Origin: Kipferlia bialata
Lineage: Eukaryota
Reading direction: 5' to 3'
Length of the DNA: 33,115 nucleotides
Assembly: GCA_003568945.1 (NCBI GenBank)
Contig: BDIP01000081.1
Span: 1 to 33,115, forward strand
Position 1 is the first letter of the stretch. Every line of letters begins with the position of its first letter. Of the stretch, positions 13,001 to 25,190 are shown in pieces. The position numbers were made by a program, and so were the translations under genes. The notes under the pieces were generated by a model. It did no database searches. It was not told where the DNA came from and saw only the letters and a list, made by a program, of their open reading frames with translations.

Positions 13001-16000
13001 ACTCTTTTGGACAACAGTTGGAGGTACTGTGACTCCTAGCCAGTCGTGCACAACCTGTCTGTGGTGAACCCCCAGAGAGGACACACATAAAGGGGCCTGA
13101 CGTAAGCACCACGGGTGCATATATACGAGTGATCAACATACCTTCTCTTTGTAAAGAGACCGTGCCACACATGGAACGTTGAGCACTGATACATGCGTAA
13201 GACATCCCTCTGTGATCTTCGACATCACGTTGTCCAGCCACTCTGGCACAACTCTAGTAGACAAGTAGGTATTACCGATGCGATGCCCTCCCTCCTGTTC
13301 AGGCAAAGCCACTTGCGCCAATATACGGTTCTTAGAATGGTTCAGCTCCGCTGTCGGATTGGGGGATACTGTGGCCTTTCTAAGCGTGTCATGTATCCAC
13401 TCACTCAGGGCCACATACTGGCAATGGTAGTTGCGAAGATTCCAGAAGTTGTGCATCTGACCTTCATTGAGATCTCTGATAGCGACATCGCACTGGTCTC
13501 TAACGGCGTCCCGAATGGCCTGGCGGGTATCCCTGAGAGTGAGGCAGTCTCAGTGACCCTAAACTATACTATTGACCGTGACATAACCCTATACCTTGGA
13601 ATGAAACAACGGACAGGCGGCAGAGGAACCGCTGTCTTGAGTCTGAGCACTTCTGATAGGTTCGGGTGTCGAGTCTGGGACGTTATGGCAGTAATCACCC
13701 ATGACTCTCCGCTCTCCCCGACGTTGACTTGGTCTCCTTCCCTTGGGGTACCAGCACCAGCCCTAGCAACCACATAGCCGTCATGGTTGTACATTGCACG
13801 GGGGGCATATGCTACCCACATCTCCCCTTCCTCACACCTAGATGTCACAGATAGAGGAAGGGGTCGAACGGCAGGTGCCTGTGTGAGCAGTTTTCGATAC
13901 GAAATAGTCGTGATCCTACATACAACTATCCAACACATACCTGCATGTATGTAGCCTTATTGGGGACTGTTCGGAGCCCTCTGAGAGACGTGTCACCGGA
14001 TATGAGAACCGATGCTTCATGGCAGGAGACAGCAATAGGGCGCCGCATCATCAACTGGGGTCAGTGTGCAGATCCCAGAGCACAGATATGAATCTGACTG
14101 GTACTTTGGTACCTGAACCACAGGGGCCAGACCAGCAATGATGGAGTGGAGGCTCTCAGAGAAGTTAGTGTCGACAATAACGTCCAGCAGCATGTTTCTA
14201 GAGGCCCTCTGTACCCCCTTACGCAGAGAGTACCACTGATATTAGTTCTGAATACTCAATTATGCATTGGTTATGTAGCATGCAGAAACAGCATTCTAGA
14301 GTGGTACCACACAGCCATCTACCTTCGATGCAGCTGCCAGATAGGGCCCACTGTATGCAGGAGGGGCAACACCAAGACTCAAGACTTCACTGACAGCCAT
14401 ATAGTGCTGGACGTGTCTGGAGGAAGAAGCAACTACACACACGCAAACACATTAGTTCACTGTAAACATATACAAATGAGCGGTATCCCAATAGTGAGAT
14501 ATAGTTACGGCCAATTGACACCAACCTGATAAGTGACCCGGCGTGTAGAGCCCAGAGCATCGTGTTCTCTACCGATCTTGCACGTGCAGTGATAGACGCC
14601 GCAAATGTGGATCCTACATCCCTTTGGACGTAGAGAGCCACGCTGCGCAGGGTCTCAAAGAAGTGGGGGGGCAGAGGGAACCCGGCATCCGTGGCCCCAT
14701 GCTGTGACCCAGAATCAATGTCCCTGTAGGTAAGAGTACGCGTTGGTATATACACTTGGAAATAATCATACCTCTCAATGGACACCTCTGAGGACCATGA
14801 ACCCATAGCGTGCTCACATGCATCCAAACGAGCCTCCACCTGTATGTCAGACTGTTTCCATGGTACTAGATCTGCCCTTGGGTCTCACCTGTGCCTCCTC
14901 ATTGGCACCATCCACCATCGTCTGTATATCTACCATCATATCTAGTGCCCCGGCACTCACAAGGTCCGAGGGGGTCATCTCTGAGAGTCTGTGTGAGATA
15001 ACTAGTCCAAACACGCAGTCAACGTAGTATCTCCCATTGCAGCATCACGCACCTCAGCAGTGGCAGGCCAGTCTCGCTCTCAAACGAATCGAGGTGCCGA
15101 CGCTGCAGGTTGGGACACTTGAGCAACGAAACTAGCTGAACCGTCGGATTGAGCTCCAGCTATCCGTTAGAGTATGCATCATGGACCAATATCATTCAGC
15201 AACACGATGTGGTACCTGTTTCCTCTTGACAGCCTGGGCAAATGATCGGTTAGGGGGTGCTTTCAGCACAGCATCCCCCCTCGACTTATTCAATGAGGCT
15301 AACGTAATAGCGGCCTTCTTCCTCGATTGCTCTCGCATTGCAGCAATGCAACTGAAGTTAAAGAGTGCTGACAAAAGGACAATGGAACTACCAATGATTA
15401 TACAGATACTGTAGATGGAATATGTACCCCCCCATATCAGCAATGGTGTCCAAGAGCGAGGCGGCGACTTGGTCAGCGACAGGCACATTTGATAAGAGCA
15501 CCTCCATGGCACTGGCCTTGTTGAGTAACACATTCGCCCTGCCATGAGAAGTGAGTAACGGTGTCGCGCTTACGACTCCTCCTTACAAGGACCACCCCAT
15601 GTCAGTGGGTGATACGCCAGCGTACATACCTATGTAGTAGATATGGGTTCCCTGGGACCCAGTCTAATCCTGGGCTCACGGTAACCTCTGGCCGGTTGAG
15701 ATCCACAGCCCATTTGGCGACCAGAGCGGCACCACGGCGGCCAGCCTCAAGCAGGTGGGTAAGCTCGAAGAGAACACTCTCAATTGAGAGGTCACTGGGG
15801 TTGGAATCGGCAGAAACATACGATGCGCAAATTACACCCACCATTTCTCCGATGGCCGTTTGTACTGATACTCGCAGTTACGCGGTAGACGGTCAGCCTG
15901 AGGAGAGTCGGTTCCAGCGCAAGGGACCGAGGCAACTGCTGTCGCAATTGCCCTAGATGTCTTGTCTAGGTTGGTGCTGTTGGGATCACACGGCAAAGGA

Positions 16001-19000
16001 CGAACTATAGGAAGTCCCGTGTATGCCTATTCTGAGTCTTGAACAACGCATGCGTAGAGTTACATATCTGATAATCTGTACCTGAAAAGCTAGCAGAAGT
16101 CCAGCATCTGTCATAATGACATTCTGTGAGTCTCCTGGGGGGACGTGGTCTAGGTGTTAGCGTCTGACCGAGGAACTGTATATATGGTGAAGGACAACAT
16201 GATGGGTATCCGAAATACTATGTATATGCCGTACCCAGCAGTCCCTCCACTCTCTGAATGAGGCTGTCACAGTGATCCTCTGATGGGAAGGCAAAGTCGT
16301 TGAACAGAAACTCAAACACCCTGGGGTCATCCTGGTCTCTGATGCACATGACACCGTCTCTGTCTGACTGGCAGAGCAGGCCAAGACACTCGTAGGACAG
16401 ATGGGTAAGACACTTGCAGCGGTGCTGGATGGTGCTGTAATAAGAGATCAGGGGTGAGGAGTAGTATGATTATTTACATTAGCAGTCTCTCACCTCGCCA
16501 GCGTACTCATCCATGTCCCAATGCCAGATAGTTGGGCACACAGGTTGCGATGGCATATCAGACGGTTCTTCTCAAGTGCCTGCGAGTAAGAAACACATAT
16601 GATACGGTATCGCACTGTTAGACTCACTCTCTTTGGGGAACTGTCTGAAGAGATAGCTGTCATATGGGATATCCATAGACACAAAAACTCACCTTCACTG
16701 ATGCATTCAAGCCTCTCACGAATCCTGTGATACGCGACATGTCACAGTGTGTGTCACAGGACACGAAACACCCGTCAGTCAATAGCATATCACAGTAGGC
16801 TTCCAGGATGCCCACGCACTCTTGCCACTGAGGAACAGTCTCTGTGACACTATTTACCAAGCTACTTGCATGGACAGATGCCTCTGGAGAGTATATCCCC
16901 ATGGATAATGCCTAGGGTTAGTGTCAACTCTTCCCAAGTACACAATATGTCACTCCCTCTCTCACTTACCTTGTCCAGCTGCCGGGCCTTCCAGAGTACA
17001 CACTGAACAGCGGAACTCAGGATGGTAACGTGTTGCACCTTTGACTCAGCTATAGCCTGGTCGAGTACCCGCTGAAGGACAGGCTGGGGTAAATGAGACA
17101 AAGTGGGCATTATTCGTGTCTACGTAGTGTGCCCAGAGTAAAACCCCCTTTAGCGACCAACATACCTTAACTGTCGACGGATGAGTACATGCTCCACCAT
17201 AGAATGCAGAGTTGGGCAGAGAGAATATGAACTCTTGGAACTCGCTAAGCATCTCCTTCTCCAGTAGAAACAGGGACGTATCGAGATATGACTTGATGTC
17301 ACCGGGCGGCATCTCTAAAACAGTACTGTCAGGCCGCTGCTGGAATGCTGATACGATCTCTGTATAGGAACCAAGACCAGTGATTGCCCTGATCGTCTCA
17401 GGAGAGAGGCGCTTAGGTACGTTGAGTCTCGCCTCCATGGTGTTCCTAAGTGTGGTGTGTACACGCAGAGAGTGAGGAAACACACTCCTGTAGGCAGACC
17501 CTACAGTAAGCGAGATGCGGTCAAACGGAGAAGTGGGCAACCAAACAGAGAAACAGAGAGAGAGTATACTTGTGACTGGTACCTAAGAGGCTGATGTAAT
17601 CAGGAAGGCAGTTGGTCACAATAGGGGTGTCTGTTGCTCTATGCAGGTATGGATGGAGGGTTCCTCGCCACTGGCTGAACGACTGCATTAGGCCTCGCAA
17701 GCCGTCTCTCCTGAGGGCCAAGTGTTCGCGGTCGGAGAGGCCTCCGTCCACCACCCATCTCGTGTGCCCGTCTCCGTCGGGATCGGTCAGTCTGGCCGAT
17801 ATGTTCTGCATGTACACCGGATACTTCGGATATGGGCCACAGGATACACGTACGGATGTGCCATCGGCTGTTGTTATCCCGACCGCATGGTTTCCCTAGA
17901 GTGAGGGTATCACCACAAGAACACGTGGACTCAGAGTCTGAAAGTGATACCTGGAGGTATGGCCAAATGTCCTGGGCCGCCTTGCTGGGATCAGACCCCA
18001 TCTCCCCCATCACGTCATCCTGACCCAGTTTCGCTGCATTGGTGTCTCCGTCCCCGGTGGCCCTGTTGTCTACGTTGAGGCAGGGCGGGGTGATGTAGTG
18101 GGAGGGGCTCATTGCCTTCAGCATCTGGCGCCATGGCTCTGAGTAGAGAATGCCGGTAGTGCCTGGGGGTGAATTTCAGGTGCAGAAGGTTGAGGTTAAA
18201 AGGGGAGACACCCACCTAGTGCTGCTGCCGCCATGGTGTCCAACATCCTCAGGAGGGACTTGGCTTTGTCCTTGAGGCCGGCCATGACCTCCCTCCTCAC
18301 CATGTCAGTGTCAATGGACATGTCCTGATGCATAAGTGGCAAGGCGATCATTAGGGGCTAGGAACACTTCACGATAGGGGGTATGTATATGTGTAAATAA
18401 TGACTGGTGGCTGGTCGTGACATACCTGAATCTTCCCTAGGACTCTTCTCTTACCACCAGAAAGAAGGTTCTGCATCTGGTTCCTCTTCCTAGATGACAC
18501 CTCGGCATCAACCTTGCGCTCGATGTCCTACATATGAGAACCAAACGAACAGTTGGCAAATTGCTGTAAGGGGCAGAACCACTCATGATACGTGTGTGTT
18601 GGGGGATAATACACTATAGCAGTAACTGTGTATCCACACCTGAGACAGAGCCAGGCTGAAGCACTCTTGAATGCCCCCCCTCACCACCTCGTCCAGAATG
18701 TCTCTGATCTGTGCGGCAAAATACGCGTTAGTCTCTAGACTGTCTAGCAGCGGTCTCTCCTCCATGGCACACTCTATGTGGGGGAGAGGGGTGGTCAGTA
18801 CATGGAAGCCCTGGGAGAGCTCCGACCTGGCAGTCTTGAACACATCAGAGAGGGCATCCGGGTTCATGATGGCACTCTGAGGTGAGGCAGGGCTACACAT
18901 GACAGTGCATACGTCAAGAGAAGCGGCGCCAATACAATGCCGGAGCCCAGCGTAAGAGACACCCATTACCTGTGGAGTGATAGTCAGGAAGAGGGAGCAG

Positions 19001-21329
19001 ACATCGCTGAGAGTGGCCTGGAATTCTCTGATACGGGGTCCTATGTCTACATCCAGGTACTGGGTGAGCAGTGGTCGATAGGAGTCTCCGAGTCATAAAC
19101 GCAATTGTATGGTTGACCCACCATGAGGTTATCTTGTAGCCACTCAGCCCTTGCAGTGACCTCCTCTATGCCGATGCGATACTCGAGGGCATCCTGAGGA
19201 TAGTGCGGCTTCAGGTAGACATACAATAGCAGTAACGTGTGTGACATATAGCCCTTACCCTGCAACTGTTGGTGGGCCGGCGTCTCTCCGCGGGACTAGC
19301 TGCCAAACACGCCCCCTAGGAGTGAGTAGGAGTAAGATGTATTTCCGCCTTGGGTGAGGCAGCGGCTCCAAATCGTACCTTGATCTGCTGCAACACATCA
19401 CTTCCCAGCATCTCCTCCCTCTCTTGTTCCGATAGAGAAGATGGGTCTGCCACCCCGTGCGACATGGCCAGCACTCTTTGCACCACCAGTCTGTACCTCT
19501 CTTGGTAGGCGTCTGCTCGGCACTGCTCCTCCACAGAGACCAGGCCGCCAGTAGCTATGCCACGGTCCGTGAGACCACAAGTCCGTTGGTCCCCCATACC
19601 CCAGATCTCCTGCTCAGAGACACCAAGGATGGCCACCCCTCTGGGCATCTCCTGCCCTGCCAGCCTCTGCGTCGAAAGACGCACCCTCTCCTGTTCTAGC
19701 GCTGACCCAGGGGTGACAACGGCCAAGCAAGTCAGAGAGTCCAGCTACAGATGAGGCAGAAGAGAACCAGACGGCAAAGTATATATATATATATATATAT
19801 CACTAATAGCTACAAGAGCAATAATACATAAGTAATAACAAATGGCTGGATGAAAGAATACTGGTCTGTACTGCCAATCTCGTTGAACACATACCTCCAA
19901 CACTTCCTCGAGAGATATGGTGTCAGGTCCACTGTGTACAGTGTTGACAATACACGATGGGTGTATCTGGTGGGTACGCTGTGTGAGTGACGGAGCGATT
20001 GATCTGATAGTGTCACACTATCATAGTGTGCCTGGACATACAGACAACCAAGTCCATACCTCTCCTACTACCACAGATACAGTGCCCTCAGGACCTCGCC
20101 CCACCACCCTACAGGCTACCCAGTGCTCAGTCAGTCCCCCGTCTAGGGTACAGTACCCAACCCCCTCGACCCCACCACCAACAGAGGCGGCAGAGGTGTG
20201 CAAGAAGGCGGCATTGCGTTCCATGAACTCGGTAAGAGAACACCCTTCATCAACTGGTCCATACACATCACTGATGGAGTGTGATACGGACTGAGATCAG
20301 TGGATCTCAAAGAAGTAGTTGGTACTAGTCCTAGGATGACTAATGTCTCATGGGACTGATCATACACAGACGTATACAAATACCCCACCTTCTGCCTGAT
20401 CTGCCTCTGACTGGGATGGGCCTTGGGAGCAGGAGGAGGGGAGAGAGAGGCAGACGATGAGTGGGTCATGGACTGTGTGCTGTGTAGTGGGGGGGTGGGG
20501 GAGATGGGTGGCAGGGAGGCCAAGGGGACAGTGGGGGTGGAGGATGTGTGCACATCAGCCAACATCTCAAGGGTGGCATTAAGGGTGTCTCTGATCGTAC
20601 CCTTTCCCTTACCATTGGTATCGTCTCCTTCCATACCGGACTGATCCTGTCCCGGGCCTGTTAGGGTGGATATACTCTGACTGCCCCAATCTACAGGTCG
20701 ACCTTCCCTCTGCCCCATACCACCTCTCTCTCTCTCCCTCTCCCCATCCTTAGAGAAGACCTTGGGCACCCGCAGCTTCAACTTAGCACCGCGATCTCTA
20801 CCCCTCTCCCTCCTCGTAGCCCCCGGCCTCAGGTCCGCGCTCATACCGCCACCTCGCATGTCGGGTATTCCTGCAAGCACAGAGAAGCTGCGCCCTTTCA
20901 TCCCGGCACCCCTCCGTCCCCGTATAGTTGACATACTTGAGAGGTCAGCAAGGGAGGCCGAGGGAGAGGTGCGTGTATGCAGCAAGGGAGAGGGCAGGTC
21001 CTGCAGGAGAGGAGACGTCTGAGGATGGGAATGACATGAAGAGAAGGAATGGGTAGAGCAGTGATATACACCTTCCCCCGGATATCTGGCAGAGGGCGGT
21101 TATGCAGGGGAGGGGAGAGAGACATGAGGCCGAGCCCTGGGCTCTCCCTCCCTCTCTCCCTCCCTCTCTCCACTTCAGACAGCCTCAGCCCCTGCTGCCC
21201 CTCACCCAGACCTTGGAACAGTAGCGAGGATGGAGCATGGGTCTCGGCTGTCTTGTCCTGCCTGAAGACAGGCCCCCCCTGGCTCCACCTCTCCTGGATG
21301 CGGCTCATGGCGGCCTGGGCAGAGGAACC
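1087..21329 (-). CDS. Highly divergent dynein heavy chain-like protein, multi-exon; 5' end lies in or beyond the gap at 21383
   Basis: The junctions I checked splice in frame with GT-AG, e.g. exons 12758-12813, 12557-12652, 11194-12103, 10582-11114, 9826-10501, 8289-9754 and 7230-8226. Motifs occur in dynein order. Linker: PEWLDNVMSKI (~13220). AAA1: VAMLLGMSPFFLAISEFEDPCEMGCTLSNLLLDGHLVYL, in register with [39 protein letters not shown]. AAA2: RDWHVVDMSFD vs RKWIVFDGPVD. AAA3: VGKS...LAVLLEE...ELL..FRQLV, with lid VALNRILKDQI vs HECLRVFHDRL. Later YLTPRVAIV..DVSDPILHQ vs YRPVA..IDPMYQY. C-terminus: YWISAGAYF* vs HWIKRGVAL. Not every junction was verified. Confidence 0.85.
19780..19800. repeat. 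(TA)n microsatellite in a dynein-like gene intron
   Basis: About 10 TA units visible directly. Confidence 0.9.
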
Positions 21330-21382
21330 CTGCGGTAAGGGGGGGGGGGGTATGGGGGATAGAGGGGAAATATTCTGCGCCA

Positions 21383-21758
21383 NNNNNNNNNNNNNNNNNN
21401 NNNNNNNNNNNNNNNNNNNNNNNNNNNNNNNNNNNNNNNNNNNNNNNNNNNNNNNNNNNNNNNNNNNNNNNNNNNNNNNNNNNNNNNNNNNNNNNNNNNN
21501 NNNNNNNNNNNNNNNNNNNNNNNNNNNNNNNNNNNNNNNNNNNNNNNNNNNNNNNNNNNNNNNNNNNNNNNNNNNNNNNNNNNNNNNNNNNNNNNNNNNN
21601 NNNNNNNNNNNNNNNNNNNNNNNNNNNNNNNNNNNNNNNNNNNNNNNNNNNNNNNNNNNNNNNNNNNNNNNNNNNNNNNNNNNNNNNNNNNNNNNNNNNN
21701 NNNNNNNNNNNNNNNNNNNNNNNNNNNNNNNNNNNNNNNNNNNNNNNNNNNNNNNNNC
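21383..21758. other. Assembly gap (376 N) flanked by G- and C-rich tracts
   Basis: Run of N. Confidence 1.
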
Positions 21759-21925
21759 CACCCATTTTCCCCCTCCCCCCCCCCCCCCCCCCCCCCCCAC
21801 ACACACACACTATCTCTCCCCCCCATATTTCCCTCGTAACCGTGGTGTGGTTACCCAAGTGAGAGTCCGGAATTTATCTTGTCTCTCACTCTCTCGCCCT
21901 CTCTCCCTCGCTCTACTGACCTTAG

Positions 21926-24900
21926 CGCTACTCCACGCCCACTACAAGGACGCCCATGATAACCTCCCCTATCAATGCCCCGCCCTTTTGAAGGATGGTA
22001 CAGTCTGTGGGATACGGTTCCAGACAACAGGTATATATTATATGTACCGTACATATATTCATACAGTATTGACATATTGCAACTACTCATAGCTTGGAAT
22101 ATCCTTCTGTTGACAGAATATACTCTATAGTACATACAAACACTACATGTTCCATACCATGGCTCCTGTCGAGTGTACAATCTAATGATATTCATGGTCT
22201 GCCCTGAGCTCTGAGCATTTAGTGTCCCTCTTTGATCCTTCATATTAACACCTAGACCTCCTGAAGGCGCATCATGTAACGCACACTGCCATAACATATG
22301 ATAGGGAGAGGGAGAGTGATACCAGATCAGATACGGAGGTACGAGGACTGTGACTATTACTGATGACATGTATATTAGCGTGATTTGGGTTGTCAGCGTA
22401 TGCAAGGACATAAAAGGCACCCTACGTGTGTGATGCCTTTAGAGACTAGAATCTGTGTGGTGATGTAAAATTAGCCCGATATATTACATTTCTCTTAATA
22501 CATATAGGGTGTGCATTCTATGGCTGTTCTGCCCACTCCTGCTCCTAACCCATACACCATCCAGTCCTGTCTCGCCAGACCCGGAGGCTGCGGGTCGTGT
22601 CCTCACTTGTGCTATGACTACGTGTGGTCAAACCTTCTCAACCGTAGGTACCCTAATTATTGTGTACGTAGTATATATACCCTATTTGTGGAGAGTCCTT
22701 TCTCTACACTTCATTCAATATATTGCAGAAGGTGCAAGAATTGGCTTATTGTGCTCCCCACTCCTTCCAATATATATACACCGCTCTCACAGTCAATCAA
22801 CCACCTGACCCAAGGACTCCTAAGGGCCCACTACAAGGATCTCCACGACAACCGACCCCACGAGTGCCCTGCCAAGAATGATGAGGGGACTGCATGCGGC
22901 ATGAGATTCAGGACTCTAAGTACGAATTGCACTCACCGTTGCCATTCATACTGTAGCTTACGCGAATCTTTGTGATAGTTTAAACGGAGGCAACTAAGCA
23001 TGATTATCCTACTGAGACCCTCACCTCAGACTTGCTTCAGGCCCATATCCGTACCCACAAGGACAGAAGACCCTTCCACTGTCCAAAGTGTCCCAAACAG
23101 TTCAAGAGAATAGGTGTGATGCACATGCGTTATACCATGCTATACTGATACAGTAAGACATATATCACACATCCAGTATGCAAAACAGTTCTCGAAAAAT
23201 TAGTGTGATACACATATACATGACATCTTACACTATCAGAATCTATGGATACACATCGATCTCTCTCTCTGGACTGCAGTGGAGTCTTATCTGTATCTTC
23301 CCAGTACTCAATCTCAGACCATCTGAAGCGGCACATCGCATCGCACGACACTGAAAGCAGGTTCCGTTGTCCGAAGTGCTCTCAGACTTTCACAAGAAGG
23401 GGTACGTAGTATGTAGTGTACGGACTATTATGTGATAGGGTACTACTACTGGTTATCCCTAAGCGTATGACACTCGAGTGCATCTGTTCTATAATTGTGT
23501 ATCAAAATACAAATATGCATAATACATTTTCGTCCGACAATTGGTTGAGTGCATATGTTGCATATGTGCATATATTCTGTTAATAATATATATATCAGTA
23601 ATCATCAGACAAGTTCAACCAGCACATGGCCAGCCACGCCACAAGTCGACAGTGGCCATGTCACCTGTGTGACAAGGAATTCAATAGGAAGGTAAGGCAT
23701 GGAAGGAAGATAAGGAGATGTCGTGTTTCACTAGACAGACTTACTCTGTGTGACAGGATCTCACTCAAACCGCTTATTTCTAGGGTAACTGTAAGGCTCA
23801 CGTTGTGTTTGCCCATTGCAGAGTGAGGTACATGTGCCCAAGCTGTGAGAGGTGAGCTCATCTATATGATATTATACAGCCAGCTGGCATGACTTGTTTT
23901 AGTGTCTACTTTCGATTATAGTATGTCATTTGCTGTACACTAAGGTATCATTACCCAGCTGTGTAGCCATACTTCGCTCCCCCTTATTATTAGGATATTC
24001 CCGCAGAAGTCACTTGCTGTAGATCACATGACGGGTGCCCACCCAGGTGTAGACATGGAGGTGAGTTTTCTATTATCCAATGATATACTTAGTATGATAT
24101 ATAACTACTTGTGAGCCCATATATCCGTCACCCCAGGCCACGCCGCCCACCTGTGTTAGGATCTATGACCAGCGAGAGGTTGTTGCTGAGCTGGACAGCG
24201 ATGACCTAGCACAGCTTGTGAAGGAGTATATGGAGATGGAGCCAGTTCCAGATGGCCAGGTTAGTGGGAGGATTGTGTGTCATTGGTACTGCTGTTATAT
24301 TATATTGTGTCATTAGGTTCAATCGAAACAGTGCTTTCTTTTGATTTAGCATCCTCTTATACAGGGAGCGCGAGTGAGCAATCCGGTTTGTAGTAATCCA
24401 AGGCCCAGGAGAATAATGGCCAAGGTACAGTATGTCCCATAATATCAAAGCAGAGCACCGCTTTGATAGTACCCAGTCATGGAACTATGTCACCTCTAAC
24501 CAACAAGTTTTCTACAGAGGCCACTACTTGGTCCTGCACCGAGTGTGACAAGACATACAGGAGGGAGAGTGACCTCACAGACCATGTCGAGGCAGTGCAT
24601 AGAGGGAGAAGGTGGAAGTGCTCAGTGTGTGACAAGGGAGTGAGTGGTGGTGTATGTATAAGAGTTCTGCCAAGAGTGTATTCGGTTTCGCATTTCATAG
24701 TGGTTGTTACGTATCTTACCATAGATTGGTATCTAGGCGAACAAACCTCTCTACCCACATGACAAGGGACCATGAGACAAGTCTCAAGGTGGGTATATAC
24801 ACATATAGAATAATACCTTGATATATGGTGGGAGGTGGTACACTCGTTGAGGATCTCCACTATATATTGATATGTGTGTATGTATGTATATACATATATA

Positions 24901-25190
24901 TCCACCTGGCACCAGAAATAAGACTCAGGGCACCCAACGCACGCCAGTAATATATGGGTTACTCCTGAGTCTCAGTTCTTTCCCCTCACCTTCCGACAGC
25001 ACCCACCCTCTCTCCTATATACTGTCCTAATTTTGGACTCCTAACAATTAGGACTCCTAAATGATATGTATTTGTATGTGTGTGCGTTAATAATGTGTAC
25101 CCAGTACTAACTCAGGAGCACCCGCCCTCTGTGGTTTATCTTGACTCAGTTAGGTCCCCTCCTGTCAAGAGAGGTACTAACAAGTCATAG
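21926..25190 (+). CDS. Multi-C2H2 zinc-finger protein (9 complete fingers plus 1 half finger visible); 5'-incomplete, 3' end uncertain (may extend to 25481)
   Basis: Spliced exons give CPALLKDGTVC..DLLKAHHVTH, CAMTTC..GLLRAHYKDLH, CPAKNDEGTAC..NLLQAHIRTH, CPKC..DHLKRHIASH, CPKC..DKFNQHMASH, CHLC..GNCKAHVVFAH, CPSC..VDHMTGAH, CTEC..LTDHVEAVH and CSVC..STHMTRDH. Exons include 21926-22030, 22256-22338, 22565-22647, 22815-22919, 23030-23113, 23318-23401, 23783-23851, 23994-24060 and 24137-24259. Confidence 0.9.

Noticed and set aside
7285..13777. Plus-strand ORFs of 100-194 aa opposite the dynein exons
   Set aside because: They are antisense shadows with no recognisable motifs or plus-strand splice pattern.
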